A DNA stretch of 64,000 bases, from the NCBI GenBank assembly GCA_964450495.1, contig CAYVFU010000010.1, forward strand, positions 488 through 64,487, given 5' to 3'. Positions 28,996 to 37,144 of this stretch are shown in pieces. The stretch comes from an uncultured Saprospiraceae bacterium. Lineage in GTDB: Bacteria > Bacteroidota > Bacteroidia > Chitinophagales > Saprospiraceae. The stretch's first letter is position 1. Each line of letters begins with the position of its first letter. The notes under the pieces were generated by a model. The model did no database searches, was not told the origin of the DNA, and saw nothing but the letters and a program-made list of their open reading frames with translations. A program made the position numbers and the translations under genes.

Positions 28996-30315
28996 ATGAA
29001 AAACAACCTCATCTACTGGGCCATTACGGTTGCCCTTGCTGGTTTTCTTTTCGGATTTGACACCATCGTCATTTCAGGAGCTGATCAACCTATCCAAAAA
29101 TTATGGGATACAAGTGCGTTTTTTCATGGTACATTCATCATGTCTATGGCTTTATGGGGGACTGTCATTGGAGCACTGTTTGGCGGAATTCCTTGTAATG
29201 CTATCGGAAGGAAAAAGACCTTGTTTTGGATAGGTATTTTATATGCTGTCTCGGCTTTCGGTTCAGCCTTGGCTACAGGTCCATATATGTTTTCCTTCTT
29301 TAGATTTATTGGGGGATTGGGTGTGGGAGCGTCTTCAGTAGCTGCGCCTATTTATATTTCAGAAATTGCGCCTGCCCATAAACGAGGAAGACTTGTAGCT
29401 TTGTATCAATTTTGTCTTGTATTTGGAATCTTAATAGCCTTTTTATCAAATTATTTGATTGGTCAAAATATGGGTGAAAATGCATGGCGGTATATGTTAG
29501 GTGTTGAAGGTATCCCAGCTATCATTTATACAATTTTGGTTTTAGGCGTGCCAAATAGTCCACGCTGGTTAGCTATGAAAAAAAGAAGTACGGAAAAGGT
29601 AAAAGAGTTGCTACGACAATTAAACCCAACCGGAGATGTTGATCAAGAATTCAGAGCTATAACTGACTCTTTGCAGGCTAACACCACGGAAAAGTTTTTC
29701 AGTGGTAAGTACAGCAAACCTATTTCATTAGCGTTTTTACTTGCCTTTTTTAATCAAGCTTCAGGGATAAATTTTGTTTTGTACTATGCACCTCGCATTT
29801 TCGAACAAGCAGGTATAGCTTCAGATAGTGTGCTTGGAGCGTCCATTCCCATAGGCTTTGTTAATTTGATTTTTACACTATTAGGTATGTATCTGATTGA
29901 TCGATTAGGAAGAAAAACTCTAATGATAATCGGATCTATTGGTTACATATTGACATTACTTGGAGTCGCTTGGGCATTTGCTACTGGAGCAGAAGGCGTT
30001 ATCGTTGTCGCTTTTGTATCTGCATTTGTTGCTTCTCATGCGATAGGACAAGGAGCTGTTATTTGGGTTTTTATCTCTGAAATTTTTCCTAATAGCATCA
30101 GAGATTCAGGAATGTCTTGGGGATCAGGCACGCACTGGGTTTTTGCTGCCTTGATTACAATGATCACATTACCAGTATTAGAAGCTTTTTCAGCGGCTAC
30201 TGTATTTATCTTTTTTGCTGGAATGATGTTTCTCCAACTCTTATGGGTACTGTTTAAAATGCCGGAAACAAAAGGTGTAAGTCTCGAAGAGATCGAGAGG
30301 ATACTTATGTCTTAA
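28996..30315 (+). CDS. MFS sugar porter family transporter
   Basis: 439 aa with about 12 TM helices, GRKKTLFWIG, PIYISEIAPAHKRGRL and PETKGVSLEEIE. Confidence 0.9.
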   Translation: MKNNLIYWAITVALAGFLFGFDTIVISGADQPIQKLWDTSAFFHGTFIMSMALWGTVIGALFGGIPCNAIGRKKTLFWIGILYAVSAFGSALATGPYMFSFFRFIGGLGVGASSVAAPIYISEIAPAHKRGRLVALYQFCLVFGILIAFLSNYLIGQNMGENAWRYMLGVEGIPAIIYTILVLGVPNSPRWLAMKKRSTEKVKELLRQLNPTGDVDQEFRAITDSLQANTTEKFFSGKYSKPISLAFLLAFFNQASGINFVLYYAPRIFEQAGIASDSVLGASIPIGFVNLIFTLLGMYLIDRLGRKTLMIIGSIGYILTLLGVAWAFATGAEGVIVVAFVSAFVASHAIGQGAVIWVFISEIFPNSIRDSGMSWGSGTHWVFAALITMITLPVLEAFSAATVFIFFAGMMFLQLLWVLFKMPETKGVSLEEIERILMS

Positions 30316-30316
30316 C

Positions 30317-30556
30317 TTAAGCTCTAGATCGATTTTCTGCAAAAGAGCCCATGACCATAAGGCCTAAAAGGAATACCATTGCAATTAAGAAAATCTGCTC
30401 TTCGAAGAAACCAAAACCTGCGATTGATGCACCAGGCATCTCCATCATTGTTACCGTTGATGCAGAAGATCCTCCTGAAATGTGTACTAAACTTAATAAA
30501 AGAATAACTGGTATAGAAATGAATGCTACTTTTTGGAAATTTTTCATTTTAAGCAT
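30317..30556 (-). CDS. small two-TM membrane protein, paralog A
   Basis: 79 aa (alternative start MKNF at 30547). At the protein level it shares an identical 22-residue core, AGFGFFEEQIFLIAMVFLLGLM, with the ORF at 30923..31174. The DNA has diverged mostly at synonymous or conservative positions, which argues for real coding. Confidence 0.65.
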   Translation of the reverse strand: MLKMKNFQKVAFISIPVILLLSLVHISGGSSASTVTMMEMPGASIAGFGFFEEQIFLIAMVFLLGLMVMGSFAENRSRA

Positions 30557-30638
30557 GGTGTGTAATTATTAAAATTTAATGTGTAACATCTTACGATTAA
30601 TTACAATACAAATATACAGGACAATGGGGGAGGGTAAA

Positions 30639-30678
30639 CCCTACAAATACACTTCAAGACCCTACATTTTGATTTCAA
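30639..30678 (-). promoter_or_regulatory. conserved 40-bp upstream block with 21-bp-phased heptamer direct repeats (copy A)
   Basis: The minus strand reads TTGAAATCAAAATGTAGGGTCTTGAAGTGTATTTGTAGGG. TGTAGGG occurs twice, 21 bp apart. The block ends 22 nt upstream of a TATATTTG -7 box (30616..30609). Confidence 0.6.
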
Positions 30679-30922
30679 TGGGACTATTCATCAAATGACT
30701 GACTTGCTAATAAGAGATAAACATGGATTGATCTAGAAGGTTTGCTAGGCAAGATCATAGGCCAGTTTGAGAAAAGCTGAGGACAATTACAATGTATGGA
30801 ATGAAACAAGTTTTAAGGAATGTCAGCCTTCATCAATTAGACCAATCACGTACTGTAACTATATTAGTTTCTTTTACACACGTTTGAAGATCTTGTGTCA
30901 AATTCAATAGAAATGAGTGAGC

Positions 30923-31174
30923 TTATTTCTTTGCGCAAGCTCTTGAGCGGTTTTCTGAAAAGGAACTCATTGTCATTAAACCTAAAAGAAATACCATGGC
31001 AATTAGAAAGATTTGCTCTTCGAAGAATCCAAAACCAGCTATGGTTGAACTAGGCATTTGCATAGTACTTACTGTTGTGGCATCAGATCCACCTGACATA
31101 TATACTAGACTTAGTAATAAAAGAACTGGGGTTGAAACGAATGCTGCTCTGTGGAAATTTTTCATATTAATCAT
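30923..31174 (-). CDS. small two-TM membrane protein, paralog B
   Basis: 83 aa (alternative start MKNF at 31165). It has the same architecture and conserved core as the 30317..30556 product. Confidence 0.65.
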   Translation of the reverse strand: MINMKNFHRAAFVSTPVLLLLSLVYMSGGSDATTVSTMQMPSSTIAGFGFFEEQIFLIAMVFLLGLMTMSSFSENRSRACAKK

Positions 31175-31260
31175 GGCGTGTTACTTTAAGGTGATAAGTG
31201 ATTTGTTGTTTATTATTTATAATCACGATGCAAAAGTAAAGTAGAATATAGCTGGGTGAG

Positions 31261-31300
31261 CCCTACAGATACACCTCATGACACTACAGATTGATTTCAA
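31261..31300 (-). promoter_or_regulatory. conserved 40-bp upstream block with 21-bp-phased heptamer direct repeats (copy B)
   Basis: The minus strand reads TTGAAATCAATCTGTAGTGTCATGAGGTGTATCTGTAGGG. TGTAGTG and TGTAGGG lie 21 bp apart. The block ends 22 nt upstream of a TACTTTTG -7 box (31238..31231), the same geometry as copy A. Confidence 0.6.
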
Positions 31301-31389
31301 ATTGTAGTATTAGTTAAGATTTTACCATTTTATCATATAATAAGAGGCACTTTTTTCATCTTTGTAGCCAATTAAAGTGTTTTTCCATT

Positions 31390-31614
31390 ATGGATCGTCC
31401 AATCATAACTGTTATCGGCTACTTACTACTTCTTTTTGGCTTTTTGAGCCTTGTTCTATCTATGATTGGTCTAAGACTAAGTTTCTTGAAGTTTTTAGAT
31501 TTTGGAGGCCCTTTAGTGGCAATGATGATCAAAGTAGGAATGATCGTAGCAGGCTTTATACTTATGTATGTTTCTAAGACCATTGCGCAGGACAGGGAAG
31601 AAAGTAAGCTCTGA
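31390..31614 (+). CDS. small hydrophobic membrane protein (about 3 TM)
   Basis: 74 aa, MDRPIITVIGYLLLLFGFLSLVLSMIGL...MIVAGFILMYVSK. It is the only one of three overlapping ORFs with a coherent TM pattern. It is divergent from paralog B. Confidence 0.5.
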   Translation: MDRPIITVIGYLLLLFGFLSLVLSMIGLRLSFLKFLDFGGPLVAMMIKVGMIVAGFILMYVSKTIAQDREESKL

Positions 31615-31816
31615 TCCTGAAAAGTAGTTGTCATTTTTGATCACTGAGAAGAAGTTTTATCAAAATTTGAGAAATATAAATTTTATATCTTAGATCTAAT
31701 CACTTTAACAGAGAACAAGTTGCATCATCGTCCCTAAATGAGTAGAATAATGCAAGATGAAAGCTTACTTTAGCAATTTATGCGCTAAATGATCAAAACA
31801 AATTAATTTTCAAGCC

Positions 31817-32320
31817 TTGGAGCTCACTAAAGCACAGTTCAAAACGATTTTTGATACCTATTACAACCCCCTTTGTAACTTTTGTTGCAAATATCTGCAG
31901 GATAGAGGAGACGTAGAAGACGTCGTGCAGGAGGTTTTGGTCAAACTTTGGCAGAATAAGGAGAAGATTCATTTGCAGAAAGATGTTAAATTTTACTTGT
32001 TTACATCGGTTAAGAATAAAGCTATAGAACTGATCAGATCTAGAAAACGGAAGGGAGAAATACTAGATACTCTAAAACCGGAGAAAAATTTTGAAGAACC
32101 AGTAGGGGAGGAAGTAGATTCGACCATCTTAAAGGAGAAACTATATAATTCGATACGACAGTTACCTCCTAAATGTCAGGAGATTTTTGTCATGAACAAA
32201 GTAAATGGTTTAACTTACAATGAAATATCCGAAGAGCTTAATATATCCCCAAAAACCGTTGATAATCAGATGCGTAGAGCATTTAAGCTTTTGCGAGAGA
32301 AATTTGGAATCACTAAATAA
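31817..32320 (+). CDS. ECF-type RNA polymerase sigma-70 family factor
   Basis: 167 aa with region 2 (VEDVVQEVLVKLWQN) and region 4 HTH (GLTYNEISEELNISPKTVDNQMRRA). The frame opens after a TGA at 31790, and TTG 31817 is the only upstream start candidate. Confidence 0.85.
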   Translation: MELTKAQFKTIFDTYYNPLCNFCCKYLQDRGDVEDVVQEVLVKLWQNKEKIHLQKDVKFYLFTSVKNKAIELIRSRKRKGEILDTLKPEKNFEEPVGEEVDSTILKEKLYNSIRQLPPKCQEIFVMNKVNGLTYNEISEELNISPKTVDNQMRRAFKLLREKFGITK

Positions 32321-32329
32321 GCGAGCATT

Positions 32330-33277
32330 ATGAGCATCGTTAAGTCTTTAAGAAATATCATCAGTTCACAAGAAGAGCACAAAATCGATGCGTGGTTGCA
32401 AGACTACAACGATAATAGCGAAGTGTTGAATGAAATAATCACTGAAGAAGCTGATTTTAGCTTCCTTAAAGATTATCAACAATTTGACACTCCTGCTGCG
32501 TGGAACTCTATTGAATCACAAATACAAGAGGATACAAAACCTGTCACGAAGCAATTTTCACTAATCTTGAAAGTCGCTGCAGTAGGAGCTGTATTGTTGT
32601 TCTCTTTATTCGCTATCAAGCCAATGTTAACTGGTGATGCAATATCAGGCATGGAGACAATGGCATATGCTGATAAAGGTCAGCTCAATCTACCAGATGG
32701 ATCTTTGCTCCTTGTCGATAAAGGGTCTTCTGTTGAATACAATAAGGATGCTTTTAATGATAATAGAATGTTAGCTTTCGAAGGAAGAGCATATTTTGAT
32801 ATAGCTAAATCCAAAGAAGGCAAAAACTTTGTCATCGAAAGTGAAGACTTAACTGTTGAGATTCTTGGAACAGAATTCGAAATAAATACCATTGCTGATC
32901 AGCCTTCTGTTATCGTTACTGAAGGTAAGGTTAAAGTGACTACAGCAACTGAGTCAATGATCTTAGTTGCCAATGAAAGTGTTCATATTGAAAATGGCAA
33001 AATAGTCAAAGACACGCATTCTTCACCGAACATTAAAAGTTGGTTTACAGGAGAAATCGCCTTTGAAAGTGTCACAATGGATAAAGTTATAGAAGATCTC
33101 GAAAACCACTTCAACAAGCCAATCGTTACTAATGATGTAGATTTATCTTGTACTTGGAGAGCTAAATTCACGAATGATTCGTTAGAAGAAGTACTGAATG
33201 AGCTCAGCGAAACAAGAGGCGCAGCCTATACAATCACCGATAAAGAAATTACGATCAGCAATATCAGCTGTAACTAG
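32330..33277 (+). CDS. FecR family anti-sigma factor / sensor
   Basis: 315 aa with one central TM helix (VAAVGAVLLFSLFAI) and a FecR-like periplasmic domain (AYFDIAKSKEGKNFVIESEDLTVEILGTEFEI). It starts 10 nt after the sigma gene. Confidence 0.85.
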   Translation: MSIVKSLRNIISSQEEHKIDAWLQDYNDNSEVLNEIITEEADFSFLKDYQQFDTPAAWNSIESQIQEDTKPVTKQFSLILKVAAVGAVLLFSLFAIKPMLTGDAISGMETMAYADKGQLNLPDGSLLLVDKGSSVEYNKDAFNDNRMLAFEGRAYFDIAKSKEGKNFVIESEDLTVEILGTEFEINTIADQPSVIVTEGKVKVTTATESMILVANESVHIENGKIVKDTHSSPNIKSWFTGEIAFESVTMDKVIEDLENHFNKPIVTNDVDLSCTWRAKFTNDSLEEVLNELSETRGAAYTITDKEITISNISCN

Positions 33278-33296
33278 TAGTTCCCGATATCAAATT

Positions 33297-35942
33297 ATGA
33301 AACAGATTACTCTGTTGCTACTCTGCTTCTTTTTGCAGACTGTGGTAACTGCACAATCTGAGCAAAAACCTATTGTTTTCGATGAGGTTAAGCTCAACTT
33401 GCAGGAAATCATCAGCTTTGTAGAAGCTCAAACAAACGTCAAATTTGTTTACTCTGAAGATAGGGTCCCACTGAACAAACAATTATCTCTTGATAATGAA
33501 AGCTATTCCATAAAGGAATTGATGCAAGAAGTAGCCACTCATTTGTCACTGGATTATAAGATTAAAAATAACAAACGAATTCTTCTACTTGGTGAAAAAG
33601 CTATTGCTCCAACAGAACAGTTTAGATATGTCTCGGGTCTAGTTATTGACGAATTGACAGGAGAGCCATTGTTCGGAGCGACCATTACAAATACAAAAAG
33701 AGATAAAGGCATCAACTCAAATGAAATAGGACTGTTCACCTACAAAGCATCAAGCCATGAGGACAGCTTGGTTATCTCATATATTGGATTCAATACGGCG
33801 ACAATAGCCATTAGTGATTTAAAGGAAGAATCTAAAAAAGTAAATCTAAGACCGAGTGTCCAGTTTGATGAAGTACTCATTCAAACGCCAATAGCAAGAA
33901 AGTTAGAAACAGAATCTACCTTCAATTATTACATTAATAAGAAACAATTGTCAGAAGGTTTTGGCTTTGTCGGTAGTGATCCACTCAATAAAGTCATGCA
34001 ATTATCTGGCGTACAATCTGGTAGAGAAGGTCAAATAAATATTTATGTCAGAGGAGGTAGCCCAGATCAGAATATAGTCCTGATGGACGGTGTGCCTTTG
34101 TACGAAACAAGTCATGTCTTCGGTCTGTCGTCTATATTCAACTCTGATGCTATCAAAAATGTACAAGTATACAAGCAAGCCTATCCTGCTAAATTTGGGG
34201 GTAGACTGTCGTCAGTAATTGATTTCAAAATGAATGAAGGCAACAGTTATGAACGAAAAACTTCCATTGGTTTTGATCCTTTGAGCATCCACTTCAACAC
34301 TGAGGGGCCAATGATAAAAGGGAAAAGTACGTATAATTTATCTGCCAGAAAATCAACAATAAACTTATTCTATAATGAGCCAATAGAACAATTGTTAGGG
34401 TTTGATGAATCTGATTTTTCGTTTTTTGATGTCAACTTAAAGTTAAGCCACGAATTTGCTGAAGGTAACAAACTCTTCTTTACCCTGTATCGAGGTAACG
34501 ATCAATTTGAAATAGTTAATTCTGAGTCGATATCATCAGAAACTGAAACATTAGAAAGACAAAACTTTGATAATCTAAAATGGGAAAATCAAATCTACAG
34601 TTTGCAATGGCACAACAGTGTCAGTGATCGAGTCATAAGTAAATTGCAATTGTCTTATTCTGATTACACAAATAGAAGTCGTTCAGCTTTTAACTTTAGT
34701 CAGTTTGATGGCAGTGTTACCTCAGAAACGGAGCTAGACATTATAGCCACGAGCAGAATTATAGATCTGGGTTTAAATGCGGATTTTCAAGTGTTTATGA
34801 ATAATGATTGGGAGTTGAATTTTGGAACAGGAATTCTTCATCACAGATACAATCCAACGATAAAGCAGAGTACAATTATATTAGATGGTGATTCAAATCA
34901 ATTCGATAATAATCCCATATTTATTACAGCTGATGAAGTCACCGCATATGTAGATTCAAAGTGGAAATTGGGACCATCGACACAATTGAACACAGGACTC
35001 AGATACAATAATTACAATGTACGAGGTATTGAGCATACGTCTTTGCAGCCGCGATTGTCCCTCATCCAAGAATTTCCTAATAAGCATAAATTGACTATAA
35101 GTGCTACCAAGATGACACAATTTGTGCACTTGTTGGTGAATCCAGGTATTGGTCTACCCACAAGTTTGTGGATCCCTTCCACCGACAGATTGCCACCAGA
35201 ACATGCGTATCAACTTGCTGCGGCTTATGGCGGGAATTTAGGTGAGAATGTTAGATTTGAAATAGCTGGATATGTGAAAAGAATGCAGAATGTGGTAGAG
35301 TATACGTCGCCTTTTGATCTCTTTTTCACATTCGTCAATTTTCAAGATATTGAAGTGAAATTTGATGCAAATAGAGATTGGGAGAATTTTGTTGAGACTG
35401 GCGACAGTCATTCAAAAGGAGCGGAATTTTCTTTGCAAAACATAAAAGGTCCACTACTGTTTGAACTATCTTATGCATGGTCCGACACTGATAGAATATT
35501 TGAAGGGTTGAATAGAGGAAACTCATTCCCATATAAATACGACCGAACACATGATTTTTCGATTTCTGGGAGACATCATTTCTCTGATGCCATTAACATA
35601 CATGCCAGTTGGGTGTATGGGACAGGTGACGCATTTACCCTAGCAGACGAATCTTTCATAGATATTGATGGCATTGAGCGTTTAGATGCGAGTAAACGAA
35701 ACAATAAGCGACTAAATGATTATCACCGCCTAGATGTAGGATTACAATTAAACAAGCAAATCAAAAACGAGTCTTTATTGACCTTAGGCTTGAGTGTATT
35801 TAATGTCTACAATCGTAAAAATGACTACTACGTCTATTTATTTGAAGACACTACGGCAAATGATGCAAATTCTAGGTTTAAATTAGAGGAAGTTAGCTTA
35901 TTTCCTATTCTACCACATTTTAGTTTGAATTATGAATTTTGA
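33297..35942 (+). CDS. TonB-dependent receptor with N-terminal STN signalling domain and carboxypeptidase-regulatory-like domain
   Basis: The ORF opens at 33198, but the signal peptide begins at ATG 33297 (MKQITLLLLCFFLQTVVTAQ). It has an STN-like region, a plug (IYVRGGSPDQNIVLMDGVPLY) and a C-terminal barrel ending in F. Confidence 0.88.
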   Translation: MKQITLLLLCFFLQTVVTAQSEQKPIVFDEVKLNLQEIISFVEAQTNVKFVYSEDRVPLNKQLSLDNESYSIKELMQEVATHLSLDYKIKNNKRILLLGEKAIAPTEQFRYVSGLVIDELTGEPLFGATITNTKRDKGINSNEIGLFTYKASSHEDSLVISYIGFNTATIAISDLKEESKKVNLRPSVQFDEVLIQTPIARKLETESTFNYYINKKQLSEGFGFVGSDPLNKVMQLSGVQSGREGQINIYVRGGSPDQNIVLMDGVPLYETSHVFGLSSIFNSDAIKNVQVYKQAYPAKFGGRLSSVIDFKMNEGNSYERKTSIGFDPLSIHFNTEGPMIKGKSTYNLSARKSTINLFYNEPIEQLLGFDESDFSFFDVNLKLSHEFAEGNKLFFTLYRGNDQFEIVNSESISSETETLERQNFDNLKWENQIYSLQWHNSVSDRVISKLQLSYSDYTNRSRSAFNFSQFDGSVTSETELDIIATSRIIDLGLNADFQVFMNNDWELNFGTGILHHRYNPTIKQSTIILDGDSNQFDNNPIFITADEVTAYVDSKWKLGPSTQLNTGLRYNNYNVRGIEHTSLQPRLSLIQEFPNKHKLTISATKMTQFVHLLVNPGIGLPTSLWIPSTDRLPPEHAYQLAAAYGGNLGENVRFEIAGYVKRMQNVVEYTSPFDLFFTFVNFQDIEVKFDANRDWENFVETGDSHSKGAEFSLQNIKGPLLFELSYAWSDTDRIFEGLNRGNSFPYKYDRTHDFSISGRHHFSDAINIHASWVYGTGDAFTLADESFIDIDGIERLDASKRNNKRLNDYHRLDVGLQLNKQIKNESLLTLGLSVFNVYNRKNDYYVYLFEDTTANDANSRFKLEEVSLFPILPHFSLNYEF

Positions 35943-36113
35943 CACAAATCCTGATCTGATAGTTGGTGTTAACCACATGTTTTACAATGAATTGATGTGA
36001 ATTCGTCAAGTAATACACATATAATCTTTAATTAATGTTAATTTCTTTTAAAATAGAGACTTTTGTGACTTATACAGTCTAAATTAGAGTAGGTTAAAAT
36101 TAACTATCAAAAC

Positions 36114-37055
36114 ATGCATAAAACGATTTACAAAACAGCAATTTTCTCTTTACTGACCTTGCTATGTATTTCGTGCAGCAACGACTTTGATTCCCAGTCA
36201 GATAATGATCTTTCTAGAATAGTGCTAAACTCTGTGTTTACTCCTGGAGAGCTCATGACTGTGCATTTAGCTACAACCAGACAAATCCTAGATTCTAATT
36301 CAACATTCAGAAATATAAAGACTGCTGACGTAGAAGTCACGAATAATTTGACATCGGAGGTGTATCGCTTAGCTCATATTGGAGACGGTAACTATCAATC
36401 TGAAGAGTTTAGACCGACATTTGGTGGAAGTTATACCGTAACAGCTCATGCAGAAGGATTTGAAACTGTCCAAGCTTCAAGTAAAGTCCCTGTTCAGGCA
36501 TTTGTTAGCCAAACGGATGTATATCAAGGTGATTTCACAGAAGATGGCAATAAAAGAGAATTATTCGTCAATCTCGAATTTTACAGCGAATCAACTGAAA
36601 CACAATATTACGTTTGGGAAGTTATAAACGATGAACGTCGACCTAATAATGATTTTGATTTTAATGATGTTTCTGATGGTCCTGTTTTATTGAATTCTCA
36701 GGACAGCAGAACTGAATCAGTATTAGCAGATGAATCATTCCAAACAAGAGTATTCCTTACAGATAATGGTTCTCAAGGTCCAATTCAAACAGAATTTGTT
36801 GTAGAAACTGACCCAGTAATTGCCTTCCAATTTGGTGACAATACTGACGAAGATGCAGATGTACTTCTAAAAGTACGGGCAATGACTGTTAGCAAAGATT
36901 TATACGAATACTTTAAAAGCATTGAAATCTACAGGCTAAGAGGAGAAGTTAATTCTAGTATCACTCAACCAATAGACATACACTCAAATGTCGATGGAGG
37001 CCTTGGTATTTTTGCTGGTTTAACATCTGAGATCATTAAGATCAAATTGAATTAG
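36114..37055 (+). CDS. DUF4249-like lipoprotein (usual partner of this receptor type)
   Basis: 313 aa with lipobox LLCISCS and a C-terminal NVDGGLGIFAG motif typical of DUF4249. Confidence 0.7.
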   Translation: MHKTIYKTAIFSLLTLLCISCSNDFDSQSDNDLSRIVLNSVFTPGELMTVHLATTRQILDSNSTFRNIKTADVEVTNNLTSEVYRLAHIGDGNYQSEEFRPTFGGSYTVTAHAEGFETVQASSKVPVQAFVSQTDVYQGDFTEDGNKRELFVNLEFYSESTETQYYVWEVINDERRPNNDFDFNDVSDGPVLLNSQDSRTESVLADESFQTRVFLTDNGSQGPIQTEFVVETDPVIAFQFGDNTDEDADVLLKVRAMTVSKDLYEYFKSIEIYRLRGEVNSSITQPIDIHSNVDGGLGIFAGLTSEIIKIKLN

Positions 37056-37144
37056 GCTAAATCTAATTTATTTATAATCCTATTTTTCTAACTTACCCTT
37101 CTCTTTATTCAATACTAGTTGATTTGTAACATCATTTTCATAGT

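Noticed and set aside
28827-29233. 77-aa and 67-aa plus-strand ORFs around the MFS transporter start
   Set aside because: They are out-of-frame overlaps with the 12-TM sugar porter and have no independent support.
33198-33296. N-terminal 33-codon extension of the TonB receptor ORF overlapping fecR
   Set aside because: The signal peptide begins at ATG 33297. The extension overlaps the FecR C-terminus and has no signal features.
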